In this document: positions 1 to 12,900 of the stretch, piece by piece | Layout: each line of letters begins with the position of its first letter | Numbering within the stretch: the first letter of the stretch is position 1 | NCBI GenBank assembly: GCA_964036045.1 | Contig: OZ038378.1 | Coordinates: 4,402,001-4,466,000, forward strand | Direction of reading: 5' to 3' | DNA: 64,000 nt | Origin: Eutreptiella sp. 'Long Island Sound 2002' | Taxonomy: Eukaryota; Protista; Euglenida | Notes under the pieces: generated by a model | What the model saw: the letters and a program-made list of their open reading frames with translations, nothing else | Databases searched by the model: none | What the model was told of the DNA's origin: nothing | Position numbers and translations under genes: made by a program

Positions 1-1928
1 GTGCTGGTTGTGCTTGGGTTCGGATGGGTTGCCCACCATCGCCATACCTTGTCGGAGCTGTGAAGGGGTAGTCAGCCACTGCTGAGCAGTCAAGCACGAA
101 TAAAACTGTGGCAATTGTCATCTTAGACTTTCTTGACTGAGATCTTGGGAAACCCAAAAATGTGCTAATTAGGCCACGAACCCTAAAGGCGGGAGAGCTC
201 AGACAAATGCAATGGGAGGGGGTGCACACTCATTCTAGAAATAGGCAGGGGAAATTGGGATTTCAACTCCAAGGGGGCGATTTAATAAAGCCCCCAGAAC
301 TTGGGGGGGGGGGGTTGGGGAAAAGGGCTCAATTGACAGGGACCATTATTTCCATTGGCGCCGAAAGTCGCCAATGTCTACCACAAAAAAGTCCATAATG
401 CATGCATGTCCACCACATGTTGCTGGAACAATACTATGTATAGTTCTCCCAGGGTATGTGCATACAAGCCTACCATCAACCCCTATCCCCAACGAGATTA
501 TATACCGAGTTGGTGAAACACACATGGTTATCCCTATCCACCACATAGTGCATATTGGTTTATCATGCAATCGAGCCCTTCACCTTGTTTAGCTGCCGCC
601 TGTTGACACAAAGTGATTCATACTACTAGAAGGTGGGCACAGCAGGTATGCGGTCACCCTTATTATCAAGTTAGCCTTAGGGCTAAGGTAACCAAACTGG
701 TGGAACCAATAAAATCTTACAACCCGCTCCACTCAGCTCATGTAACTGGTTTGAGCATCCCAAGTGGTCTAGGTGGGAACTTTGGAAATAATCCTTCTTG
801 ACCACTTTTTGACCCACAGGTGAACCCTGCTAGCCACACCCTAGCATGGGCCCAGTGCACCACTCCTCGGATCCAATGGGGCCCCAGATTGGCAAAAGCT
901 GCCAAACACGATTGCAAACTGGTTTTTCATCATCTTGGTTGGTTCCGATGCAAATGAACCCCACCACAGACATACTATGTACCCTAAACTGCTAGTGACT
1001 AGTATTTTTTGGCCATTTTAGACAGTCCTTGTTTTTGGAACTTGCCACCTACAATTACAGCACCCACCCCAGGCAGCCAGTATTGAGTTTCTTCCTCCAA
1101 CTTTGCAGGATTGCGCTTCTTGCCCAACAATTCACCAAACAATTGGGATGACTCCAAAGCACCATGACAGCATTCTGAATTGTTCCCATTTCGCATGTTC
1201 TTGCAGTTTGCTGCTTGCTTGCTTTTGCAAGAAAGGATAGCTCCACCCTACACCTTGCACACATATTGCATGCTATAGACCATGCGGTGCACAAATACGA
1301 AACTGCACCACACACGTTGTCCCATTTTTCAGCCTTTTTAGACCTTTTTTGGGGGGCCACAACGGGTCACTGCAAGCTCAAAATGGGTGAAGAACACTTG
1401 TTTGGGCACCCCAATAGTTTTAGGATGACTTTTGGAAAAAGGTGTTTTCGACCCCCTTTTGACCCCATTTTGGTCCCAAAATGAACCTTTTTTCAACGTC
1501 CGTCGACCGTTTTTTTGGGGGGGGGGAGGGGGGGGGGGGGGGGGGGCAAAACATTTCACCACATTCTGAAAAAAAGACCAAAACAAATTGTTTGAGCATC
1601 CCAAGAGCCCCAGCAAGAATTGTGAAAAAAATCACCTCGAAGAGAGGTTGTTGGATCAAGCGCACGCACGTGCGTCGTATACCCCCTTTTTGGGGGTCGT
1701 TCGCATAGCATACCCCACGCATGATATTGGATGTCCCCTTATAAAATCATTATTTTGCCCAATAAAACGATCCCCTAATGGATTTTGTGATTCCGAGGCC
1801 TCCATCCCCTGAAACTGGATATCACATTTTTTTTTGATGGGGGGGGATTCAAAAGTTTGTGCTCCGAAGGATTTGAACGAGGGTTGGGTACAACAAAGCT
1901 TACAGGTCGGCCGGTGCGGCCAGCGATC

Positions 1929-1996
1929 TGTCGGCCGGGAATTGAACCGCTGACATGGCTGTTGGCGGTTGATTGCATTACCACTCAACCGCTGCC
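1929..1996 (-). pseudogene. Degenerate tRNA-Gly(GCC)-like sequence (tRNA relic or SINE head)
   Basis: Minus strand reads ggcagcGGTTGAGTGGTAatgcaatcaacCGCCAacagccatgtcagcGGTTCAATTCCCGGCCgaca. A-box and B-box are at tRNA spacing and the 3' end resembles tRNA-Gly GGTTCGATTCCCGGCC. Acceptor and T stems no longer pair. Confidence 0.45.
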
Positions 1997-3221
1997 TGTT
2001 CTGCTACACTTCGGGCTCCCCACTGCTTGTAGCCGAGTCTGCCACTGAAAAAACCCAAACTGTGTGTTTCTGTTTTGCCTGCCTGCTTGCCTGACTGACT
2101 GCCTGACTGACAGCTTGCCTCATTAACCGCTTGATTGGCTGACTGTCAGCCTCTCCTTGAGGTGCACTGCCGAAGGCAATAGACTTTAACACTTGTTGAC
2201 CCCTAGGTGCCCAAATAATGGGTTTCAGTCTGCTTCGAGCCCTTGGTGACCGTGACCGTGGTTGCCCTCGAAGAGTTCTGAATTGCTTGAACGTGGGCTA
2301 TTCGGTGACTGAAATGGGGTCCAAAGTAAGGGGGGCGCCCAGTTGGAGCCCTTGACACCCCCCACCCCAACCCCGCCCCCCTCAAAGTGGCCAAAATGTT
2401 TATATGGTCCCGACCATAATGCGTGCCTATATGGGGCACTTCCGTAGGCGGCAGGTTTTTTTTTGCCCATCATAAGGGGTCGGGAAAATTGTTTACCCCA
2501 GGTGTTTATGCTCAAAATGCACAGTCTTTTGTGGTGAATCTAAATGCACATTGAAAACATGATGAAAAAAGACCCCAAGTGCAAGTGGGGTTCTAAGAAA
2601 CAAGGGGGATCCTTCAGGACTTTTTTTTTGTTGAGGACCGCCCTTATGGACCGCCCGTGACAGCACTTTCCAGAGGCAAATGCTGGCCATTTCTGTCCCC
2701 CCGTTGGGCACCCCCGGGAAGGCATGGGCTGTGTAGCCATTCGGCCGAATTGTGGAGCAATGGCAGGGTTTAAGGAGCCACTTGTGATTTTGTCCCCGTG
2801 CTGAGCACTGGGACCAGAGACGGTAGGGGTTATGTATCCACTTTGCCCACATGTGGGCCCCTGAGACGGCAGGGGTGGGATATTGCACCAATGGAGCGCC
2901 AACCCATCATCAGAATCAGACAAAGCTATCTCTGGGCCTCAGAAATCCTGGGCCTACTAGGGGGTAGTATGCCCAGCAACATTCCAGCAACACTGCAGCG
3001 CGCTGTCTGCAGACTCTTGTGAAGACAGGTCCTTGTGCTCTGTGTCAGTTCACCCCGTTGATCCAAGTGGTACAGTGGACCCCAATAAGTTGAGTGATTG
3101 TGTGCCTACTTTCCTGCTGTGTATCCTGGGCTTAAGGTTATGAAAGGCGACAAGGAGGTTTTGGGGGTGGGGGTGGTGAGCCAACTGCATCAGATGACTG
3201 CTACACACTCACACTTTGTAG

Positions 3222-3344
3222 GTGCCTGTGGAGAATCTCTTGGGCAAAGAGAATGAGGGCTTCAAGGTCATCATGGCCAACTTCAACCATGAGCGCTGGG
3301 CGATCATCTGCGGTGTCAATGGCGCCGTGCGGGGCGTGATTGAG
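3222..3344 (+). CDS. Acyl-CoA dehydrogenase, penultimate exon (upstream exons not found in window)
   Basis: tttgtag| acceptor, then VPVENLLGKENEGFKVIMANFNHERWAIICGVNGAVRGVIE (typical ACAD middle/C-terminal boundary motif), then |gtgcgt donor; 123 nt, phase 0. Confidence 0.9.
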
Positions 3345-3425
3345 GTGCGTGTGGCCTGGTTCCCCCAAGTGCCTGCGCTCATTGTAACCGGTGCATGGTC
3401 CATGTCTCGGGAACAGCCTCTGCAA

Positions 3426-4098
3426 CAAGGGGGGGCGGCCTGTTCGAATATGGACCCCCCCCCCCTCCAGACCCCCCAAAACTTCTCGTACCCACCTTTC
3501 TGCCATTTGAAATGATGGGCCCGCCGGTGCCGTAGGCGCCGAAGAAGTTTTTTCCGGGCACATGGCATGTGGTGAACATGTTTTCCCACCCCATGTGTGT
3601 ACACTCCAAATGCTCAGAGTACATTGGGGATTTCAGGAGGAGTGCAGAGTTTGCGTAGTTTAAATACACATTTCCCTCTCCTCCGGTGTCAACTAACACA
3701 TGTCCTCACCTGTTCTTCCCCCCTGCGTTTTTTTTGCATTCCGCTTGCTCATGTTTCAAATATCCAGTACACTCTTTCTCATGCCTCCCAAGAAACCGAA
3801 GCAAATGGGGTACACTGAGTATGCTTGTCAGTGTGGCACTGCACTTCGCTATGTCACTAATGCCTTTTAGTGAAGGGCAGTGGGTGAGTCAGGCCATCTG
3901 GGCTGCCTGCCCAAGTGTTTGGAGGTGCCTGATCCCCCCCCCCCCTTTCATGCCCCCCGGGACCCCCCCCCCCCCTCAGCACTCCCCGTGGGCACCCCCC
4001 ACCACCTCCCACACCTCCCACCAACAGCCCGCCCCTCCGGGACCCGAAAAGTTCTTCAACACGGTTGGTGTCTATATTGGAACAGGCCGCCCCCCTTG
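3426..4098. mobile_element. hAT-like MITE (673 bp) inside the ACAD intron
   Basis: ~30-bp TIRs (caaG7cggcctgttcgaatatggac vs revcomp caaG6cggcctgttccaatatagac). Exact 8-bp TSD ctctgcaa at 3418-3425 and 4099-4106. Confidence 0.85.
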
Positions 4099-4764
4099 CT
4101 CTGCAACTGCAGTGCAACACAGCGTCAGTCGCTTGTGCTGGTGGCAATGCTTTCAGTCACTGTAGACCTGCCAGTTGTTCGTGACATCATCGTCAGAAAC
4201 ACCACCGGCCGCCGATGTCAATATCTTGTTGAGTTGATGGGAGCCATTTTGCCCATGGGTTCTGTGCGTCAAATACAACAAATGCACCTACAATGACTTG
4301 CTATCGAAGAATAAACATTTTGCAGCACTTGGCAGGGCATCCCGACCGGGGACTGAACTATGGAAGTTTTGCTCGATGTCCTCTGGACCAGCCACAAACC
4401 GACCAAGACACGCACGATGTGGCAACCTCTCCAGAAAGCCTCCCTCCTTTTTGGGTAGGCTTTCCAAAGGGAACACAGGCACCCGCCCCTTCGAACCGAC
4501 AAGAAGTTTTGGAAAGTGAGCCGCCACCGCGCCGACTGCTGAAGCGCGCGCTGCGAAGGCGCCCTCCTTGTGTCAGAGAGAAGGAGGGAAAGAGAGGGGC
4601 AAGGGGGGCACGCAGTGTGTATGTATCAATGAGTGTGCTATTGTTGCACTTTGTCCAGCGATCATGCAAATCAAAATGACGTTGAAGAGTCGACCAAATG
4701 AGAAATGGTGCCCCAACCCATGCCCTGTCACACCCAACACTCGCAGCATCCCCCACCAATGCAG

Positions 4765-5178
4765 GAGTGCATGAAATGGGCGCATCAGCGCAAGGTATTC
4801 GGGCAGAGGCTCATCGAGCAGCCGGCCATCCGGCAAAAAATGGGCGCAATGATCGCGCAGCTGGAGGCCGTCCAGAACTGGACCGAGAACATAACGTACC
4901 AAATGAACAACATGAGCTACGACGACCAAAGCAAATATTTGGCCGGCCCCATGGCCCTGTTGAAGTATCAGTGCACGAGGGTCGCCGACTTCGTCAGCGG
5001 CGAGGCGTGTCAGGTCTTTGGAGGGAGAGCGCTGACCGTCACTGGAATGGGGGCCCTTGTGGCACGCTTCCGAACGTCGCAGAAGTTCTCGGCCGTGTTG
5101 GGCGGTTCGGAGGAGATTATGAACGATTTGGGGGTCCGTCAGGCAATGAAGTTCATGCCGGAATCTGCAAAATTGTGA
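4765..5178 (+). CDS. Acyl-CoA dehydrogenase, last exon
   Basis: aatgcag| acceptor in phase 0; ECMKWAHQRKVFGQRLIEQPAIRQK...EACQVFGGRALT...VLGGSEEIM...L* matches the ACAD C-terminal domain (RxxFG, GG, GxxEI motifs). Confidence 0.92.
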   Translation, partial: ECMKWAHQRKVFGQRLIEQPAIRQKMGAMIAQLEAVQNWTENITYQMNNMSYDDQSKYLAGPMALLKYQCTRVADFVSGEACQVFGGRALTVTGMGALVARFRTSQKFSAVLGGSEEIMNDLGVRQAMKFMPESAKL

Positions 5179-5659
5179 GTCTGCTCTTTGCAACACCGAA
5201 GGCATACCCATGCGGGGCACGAAGCCTCGTGCTGCTGAAGCTGTTGACGGTTGGCAGTAAGTGATAGCAATTGCTCGTTGACGATACCTTCCACCTCCTT
5301 TAACCCTCTGCATCGCCCTCCCTCCCCAACCTCCCCAATCCCCTCAACGCGTGTTACAGGCACCCGTATCCCCGTTTTAGTCTGCAGTGTGCATATGTAC
5401 ATGGGCACAGAGGCGCGCGTTTAATGCTGCCAGCTTGTGCTGCGGGGGCGGGTGTCGTGGATTTCGGGGGGCCTGTTTGCATGTGCTATGCTGATGCATT
5501 GCAAGATTTCCACAAAGGTGGCGTTCGGCGTGTCCTCTTGCTCCGATTCCCTACTCAGTATCTGTGTCAAGCCTCATCTGTGTGGGTTGCCTGCGTCTCT
5601 CAGCCGGCTTAACCTGATTTTTTCGGCCCCTGTCTGCACAGCTTTACACCTTTTAACGA

Positions 5660-6040
5660 GATGCACCTCTTCGTTGTACAGATTGTATTGACAAGCACAC
5701 ATGTGACAACGGGACCCTGCTTTAAGTCTGCAACTGTGTCACATTGTGCACACTAGTTGCTCATTCTGATTTTGCTATTACCGGACAGTTGAACAGAAAG
5801 AAGGACATGTGTTGTTGAGGGTGGATACCTGGGGTGGTGACCATCGCCGTTCATGGCTTTCCGCATTTTTGCATGATGTCTAATCTGCAGGGAAGGTAGT
5901 TTGCAACAGTTCTTGCGCTAGGGTAGTTGGGGTCGCCTAATTTTAAGGCCATTTGGAAGGGGCGTTCCTGGGGTTTCTCCGGGGGGAACCTGGTCTAAAA
6001 GTACAGCGCAGTGCGCGCGCAGTGCAAGGATTCCCCCTAT
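5660..6040 (+). mobile_element. 3' remnant of a PIF/Harbinger-like element, homologous to 14600-14955
   Basis: Collinear, moderately diverged match to the segment after the transposase at 14.6 kb. Includes the last codons (VVQIVLTSTHVT vs IVRIALTHTHVT) and the gcgcagtgcgcgcgcagtgcaa motif. Confidence 0.65.
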
Positions 6041-7249
6041 GTTGGCATTTTTGGCGACCTTAGTGACTTTGTGATACCCACTGTGAAGGGTGCAGCTGGG
6101 GATGTTGTGACAGTATTCACATATTAGGATACAAAAGGACTTTTTTTTGCAGCCTCTAGCTTTGCCTGGGGCCCGTTTCCACTAGAAATGGCCCAAAACA
6201 GTGCTTTTAAGGCCAGAAAGAGGGCCTGGTTGGTACTACATGGCTCCCCTTGGCTTTATGTGCACTCCCAGTGTCACCAAACAATCGCCCAACAATAGCC
6301 CAACGGTTCCTGAGGCCCAAGCGTCGCCGGAAAAAATGCATCTGTCACGGGCAAAATTGGTTTTCCAAACAGCAAAGCCCAATCAAAAAAGCGCCCATTG
6401 GGTCCCCGCAAGGATGGGAAGGCAGGGCCTCCAAGGTACGTTGGAGAGACCGCCACCCCGCCTCCAAAAAAAAACCAACCTACCTACAATCCTTTGATGT
6501 GCAAGTAGGCGCTGTGTGGTGGGCCCCCTACCCTCGTTGGCGCCGCTGACGCTCCACTGTGCCCAATCCTCTTCGGCGCGTTTCAAGAGCCATTCAGGAG
6601 AGGCACACAGTGCACAGGACCCCCCTCCCCGTGGCAGACCCACCACCTCCTTGGGGGGGGGGATTGCAACGAACTGAGTCCCCGTCGCTTGATGGCCCAG
6701 TGCCTTTAACGCAGGTCAGCGGACAGCTGTAGCCCTGATGGACCCAGAACGGGCTACCTCCTCCTCCGGGGGGCCTTCGCTGTTGCGTCCATGCTGAACC
6801 TTGTGATTTTCGTACTGCTATCAGCCCCTTGCTTTTTCTGCCCTGTAGCGTCCTGCCAGTGGCAACTTGTTGCCATCCAGACTCGGATTTTTCTTGACAC
6901 CTTGAGCCTCGTGGCCTGCAGATCTGTATCCCTGCAGCTCCTGATGAGTTGCATTTGACAGCAGCCACAATGATGCCATTGATGACAATTTCAGGTGCAG
7001 GGCTGAGCAGAAAGCTGTGGTGTGATGTGTGGCCAACGACACCCCGGCAACAGCTAATACCGAATCTGCTGGGCTTGCAAAGGGCTCTTTCCTATGTGTG
7101 TTGTAAGTGGTGTACCTTTTTTTTTTTGCCATACTGGTGAGTACAAAAGAAAATCATATTGGCAAGTAGTGAAAAAACCTGGTACTCGCTCTTGCGGCAA
7201 AAAAAAAAGTTACTGGACTGACAACGAAAAAACATTAGCACTCGCCTGT

Positions 7250-8060
7250 ACGGCAGGTCTGTGGTGGTTACAGCGTTTCGGCCATTTTAGCCTGAATTTG
7301 GTGAAAAGGTTGGTCTATCTCTTCCAAAACATACCAGAAATATGTGCTCTGTGAACTGAACCCCCCAAACAGGGGATATATGATGTGGTGTTGCATTTAT
7401 ATTGCATTTATTTTACAAAAAAGTGGCCCAAAAAGACTAGGATAGTTTTTGGTGGATGCAATTTCCCAATTATTTTAGCCTAAAATCCTCCAAGATTTTG
7501 GTCTAGCTGTTCCAAAACACATGAAAAACATGTTGCCTGCGATCGAAGACCACACAAACGAGGGTGTGGGCTGGAATTGGGAGTATGATGTGTTGTGGTT
7601 TCATTTTATGGGCAAACAAAGGCCCAAGACAGATGTTTAGGGAGTTTTTGGTGGAAACAGTTTTGCGGCCATTTTATCCCAAAATCATTCAAACGGTTGG
7701 TCTACCTGTCCTCAAACACACCATAAACATGTTTTCTGTGATGATGGAACACCAAACAAGGTGGGTGAATGGGGCTTATGATGTGTTTTGGTAACATTTT
7801 ACAAACAACAAAATCTGCTCCATGATTAGGATCCCATAAGGGGGGCACAATAGGGGGTGTGATGTTTTTTTGTTCCTTTTTATGGGCAAATAATGCCTAA
7901 AATGGGTTTCTGTGATTGATGCAGCTTTGGGGTCATTTTAGCCTGAACTCACTCAAGGTTGTTGTAGTTGTTTGAAAGCACACTAGAAACCTTGTTTCTG
8001 ATCAAGGTGCTCAAAAACCCGGGGGCACTAAGTAGGGGTATGATGTTTTTTGGTTATGCA
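7250..8060. repeat. Degenerate tandem repeat, ~190-260-bp period, ~4 units
   Basis: Recurring ttttagcc...ttggtcta...aaac...atgatgtg blocks starting near 7286, 7473, 7671 and 7937. Confidence 0.6.
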
Positions 8061-9164
8061 ATATGCGCCAAAATGCTCCAAAGCAATTATTTGGGTAAGT
8101 GTTTCGTCTGTGGATCAGCATCAGTATCGGACAGGTGCGTGTGTGGGCTGGTAAGTCTGAAAAAACTCCAATGGCATTTTATGCCCCGGGATGTAATGCA
8201 ATTTGGTGGGCAATGCATTTTTCAATTTTGCACAAAGTTTCTAAAATGCTGCGTATCAAGACTCCAGAATTCAATTACCAGCACTTCTTCATCATGAACA
8301 GGTGATGTTTGTGGAAAGGACTGTTGTGAAACAGAGAAGAAGGGATGCCCCAAGCATGAAGTGATATATAATCACCCTTTTTGAGCAAAGGTTGTTCATT
8401 TTATGCCTATGTATGCTAGAAATTGGTCTATTTTTGCTATGTGACAGGAGTATGAGATTGAGTGTGCAAAATATGTGGATTGGCACTCAAGTTTACATGT
8501 TTTTGTGCTTTTTTTTGCCTCTCAACAAGGCGTCATGCAACATTTCAGTTAGATGACCGGTTACAATTCTTAAAATAATATCTTTCCCCAAAACGGCATT
8601 TGTGATTCATATTCGAGGTTTTCTTTTGCTATGTATGATGATGGTGCACCATATTGTCAACATATGGGAATGCCATGCACGCAGTGCGCACGCAATGCGA
8701 AGTTTTGGATGTCGGCAAATACTCCAACCCTAATTTCGGCCCCTTTTCACAAGTTTTTCGTTCCGTACCAGGGTTTTTTTTAGCTTCCTAAGCATTTACT
8801 TGGGGTGCACTATTCGCAAGGTTGCCGGGAGTGCTGTGTGCGCGCGCAACGTTTTTTCATGTTTTTTCTTGCATTACGGTCCGTGACCCCTGTTTTGTTG
8901 CCTGCCCCCGTTCTATGACACAATTTTACGGTTGAAGCGCCGTAAAATGTTTACCTATGCAGGCACAAACAACGCGGCAGCGGTAGGCAATTCCAAGACT
9001 TGAAACAGGTATGCTTGTGTGTGTGTGTGCGTGGGTTAATGGCACAGGAAATGTAAAAAGTCGGTGCCGGGCATCAGGCACTGTTGAATGGTGACCTACA
9101 GCTACATACGTGGCATAAGCATTGTCCTAAAGGACTGTGCAAGTATGTCAGTTGTTTACTGCTA

Positions 9165-9920
9165 CCCCCCCCCCCCTTGTCTAAGCTACGCCCTTGTCCA
9201 AGCTACAGTAGGCGTAGGGACCGTATTAATTTGGTACCTAATTTTAATTCGGTACCAAATTTAGTGCAACCACATAAGACATGGGTTTGACGAATTTGCC
9301 GGGTACATAGGGTCATGTACACATTTGTTGTGAGTGTTTGCCCACTTGAACCCACATAACTCTGATTTTGGGGGTATTTGTGCATTATATTCCCCCTTCT
9401 TGCACTAGCTCACCATGCAATCTTCTCTTTTTGAACCCGGACGCCCGGTTATTTTCACTCGTTCCACCGGTGAGCGTGTGGATGCCACAATGAAGGGACC
9501 ATCGGAGAAGGGGGGCCAGTTTGCGGTGTTGGAGTACATGAAGGCTGGGCAGGTGGTCACACACCCCTGTGCCCCCCTTCAAAAGATTGAGTTCTTCATT
9601 CGGTCCCTGTCCCCTTCCCCGGAACCAACCTCATCATTGCAAGAAGGGTTTCCAAGCCGAACATTTGTAGGCTTCTCATGCTTCATTGCTTGTGAGAACA
9701 TGGGTGTGAACCTGAATTTCCATGTTTCAATCGCTTTCTTGTGTTTGCATGCCTTTGGGAACATGGGTGGAGGTTGAGGTGCACTCATACTATGCGCTCA
9801 TTTACGTGTGTGTCGGTAGTTGTATATGTCGCGCACAAGCTACGCCCGTGTCCAAGCTACAGTAGGCGTAGGGACCGTATTAATTTGGTACTTTGGCGTA
9901 GCTTAGACAAGGGGGGGGGG
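9165..9920. mobile_element. MITE with poly-C-initiated TIRs and TA TSD (756 bp)
   Basis: TA|C12ttgtctaagctacgcc ... ggcgtagcttagacaaG10|TA. Internal ~55-bp direct repeat at 9184-9238 and 9838-9891. Confidence 0.85.
9415..9650 (+). other. Micro-ORF (~55-aa conserved beta-rich module) carried by the MITE; homologous to 23656-23830
   Basis: FEPGRPVIFTRSTGERVDATMKGPSEKGGQFAVLEYMKAGQVVTHPCAPLQKI aligns without gaps to FPPGTNVMFIRSTEEPVLVQVVGHSEHGDAYRHITYDCDGKTVLHNRASVQRL (20/53 identical by hand). Confidence 0.6.
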
Positions 9921-12900
9921 TACTATCGTTGTCGTTTACGGCGCTTCAGCCGTAAAATTTTTATGGCGCTACTGCCGTAGATATTTTACGGCTGAAGCGC
10001 CGTAAAATGTGTTTATCGTCTTTTTCCCGTCTCCACTGGATTCTAGATCGGCGTCCAGATGCTGTGTGTCACCAGGGGGCCCAGAATGGGACTCCTGTTC
10101 GGTGTGACTGTCAAGGGACGCCGTGTACAGTGTTGTACCCAAGTCTGAGGCCCTTCCGTCACCAGCAGCACTGTCTTCTTCGTTTTGAGGTTGTTCGCGT
10201 GCTGCTGCTGGCCGGGCCCGTTTACCACCACGCGGTGCCATTTTGTGCTACTTTTGTGTCTGCAACAGGGTGGAGGGTGCAATTTCACCCTCGGTGCACC
10301 AAGTTGCAGCACCTCTGTAACCCCTTCTGGCAGGTTGCGGTGCACACCCTATTCGGGGGAGGAAACGGGCATGCATGGCGGTTTGCCCCCCGTCTAGCAC
10401 TCGTGGCCACATTGGCATCTACACGGAGTGGCACACTGCCAGTGAACAGACCCCTCTGTCAAGGTCCTGGGAACCAAGTGCAACTACAAACGGTGGTATT
10501 TTCCTACAAAATAGTGCATACCTGTAACAAATAAAAATTGGCAAGAATGCACACAGCTGAAATGCGACACGAACGAAGCCACAATTGTCTGTGTTCCATG
10601 TTGGTGAGCCAAGATGGTTTCTGGCGCCAGTGTCAAACCGCCGGTAACTGCCAGGTTAGTGTGTGTTGTAAATGCGAATAAAACACATTTCATGTCCCCA
10701 GATGGGGTTTTGGCATACCACCTGAAAAATGGGTTTTTCGACTGTCTAATGGTAACCGATTATACCCTTCTACAGGTGTCTGTGTCACATTTGCATTCTT
10801 GCCACTACGGACATCAATGCCTGATGATGGGCTGAAAGACAAAACACCGGACTATGATCAAATTTACGGCGCTTCAGCCGTAAAGTTTTACGGCGGAGGC
10901 GCCGTAAAACGGCGACGGACGACAAGCGCTACCACGCTACGTGGTGCTGGTTGGATACTGCAAAACCCCTGTAAGCACAGGGCTCTGCACATCAATGCTT
11001 AGCAAGGGTCTTTGTCACCCCCTTTTCACGTATGTATTTTCTGTTGAATTGTGACATACCTTGGGGCACGTTTCTTTTGCGGTGCATTTTTTTACGGCGC
11101 CGACGCCGTAAGTTTTCCCAAACAAGGGAATCTGCTGCAAACCCCCATGTTTGAACGATGTGCTCGCGTTTTCGTACGTTTTTTTGAGATTTACGGCGCC
11201 TGCATTTTGGGGGGGACTCCCGGCAACCTTGCGAATAGTGCACCCCAAGATTTAGGATGTGGTATATTTAAATTGTCAACCATTTTTGCCCATTTTCAAC
11301 CATTTCCCCCTATTTCCTCCCCCGCATGGGCGTTAGCGCACGGGGTGCGCCTAGGCATCTTTGAGGGAGAGTTATTTTGGGCCTTCAACCTTCCGGTGCT
11401 ATTGAGGAAACCGGGCCAATTATCCAATCCATGCATGTTCAGAGTGGGCAAGTTGAAGGCAGTTTCGTTGTTCTCATGTGGGCTTTGCTGCTTCGCCGTG
11501 CTACTAGACAGGTGACAGGTATTGTTGGGTGAGTATCCGAGCCTCTGCGTGCGCAGCATGCACGCAGTGCGCACACGTTGCAAGAACTTGGCCCATGTTG
11601 ACATTTTTTTGCCGTTGATGGTTACATAGAGTGCAATGGAAAGGTGGAGAACACGGTTCCAAAGTATGGTTTATACCTTGGTCGCTTTCATGGTGTAAAA
11701 TGCACAACATAAACTAGCTGAAAAGGAGAAACACAATTTCGAAATCCGCATTTTGTATACTCTTAGCGTTTGGCAAGACATCATCCTTTTTCTAGATTGC
11801 AAAACGGAGATGGTAAATTACTAAAAAGAGCGTTAAAAGTGGAGTATCACCTTGCCGTATTGGGTCGGTACTTTGTGCTTTTGAGCACGATTTTTTTTTT
11901 TTGCTTCGATGGTGTCCATGAAAAAAGTTCTTGGAGTTCCCGGGTGGGACTAACAGAGAGTTTCTTTTTGTGTTTCAAGTAAACTAAGAGGGAGTGTTAG
12001 TGCGCAGGGTGCACGCACGGCAAACTTTCGGGCTACTTCTGATTCGCGCATGTTTTGGGGTTGGATTCTGCCCCTCGGATGGGTGAATGGGTGGGTGCGT
12101 GGGATGGGGCAATTTGGGATGATTTCTCCTCATAGATTTGCCTATTTCTAGTTGGGGATATGGTGCGGCGCCTTTCCGGTTGGGGATATGGATTGGCCAG
12201 CCCCTTTCCCTCACCTATTGTCCCCCAATTCGCCCAATCAAATGTGTTTCCGGGCTACAAGGTGCATCTATGTGTATTGTGAAACAGGCACGCTGAGCTG
12301 GGCACATGGTACATGGTACATCCAGCCTGTCTGTTTGCTGCAGAGCATGAGTTTTTGCCCCTCGTGTCTTCCTGTCCGGTGGCGGTTGGCGGCGAGTGGT
12401 CCCTATGGTCCCTGCGGGCGGTCTTTACCAAAAAAAAAATCACGCTTCTTAAGGACCCCCCTTTGAGGTCCCATTCCTCCCTCCTCCTCCCTCCCCTTCC
12501 TCTACCCATTTGAACATGACATGTGTGCCAAAGAAGCAATAGCCTCGATTGGAAGCATCATATTGGCGCTCCGGCGGTTGGATTTGGTGGGCTTTCTAAA
12601 ACACATGCTCTAAGAAGCTCTCTTGTACCATAACAATGGCAAGGCCCTAGCCGGAGGCCGGTCAATGGAAATGGCCGTAATGTTGCCATTTGAGACGCTA
12701 TCAAAGTCTCTTGCATAGAGTTGCCACCATTGTTTTCCAAAAAGATGCCACTGGAAAGGGGCTCAAAAACTGCCGTTTCAGCCTGCTTTTTGTGTTTTCG
12801 GCCGAGAAATTCAGGATGAAGGCTAGTGTGCCAAGCTAGTGCTTCTAAACGGAACCATTTTATGGAAGAAGGAGGCAAGGCATCGCAATGCACCACAAAA

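Larger units (their letters stand above)
8924..11200. repeat. Cluster of TTTACGGC-N6-8-GCCGTAAA hairpin motifs (probable subterminal repeats of a non-autonomous DNA element)
   Basis: Copies at ~8924, 9935, 9960, 9984, 10863, 10886, 11091 and a partial copy at 11189. Confidence 0.65.

Noticed and set aside
1-3221. Upstream exons of the acyl-CoA dehydrogenase
   Set aside because: No ACAD-like peptide found in any + frame; they probably lie before the window.
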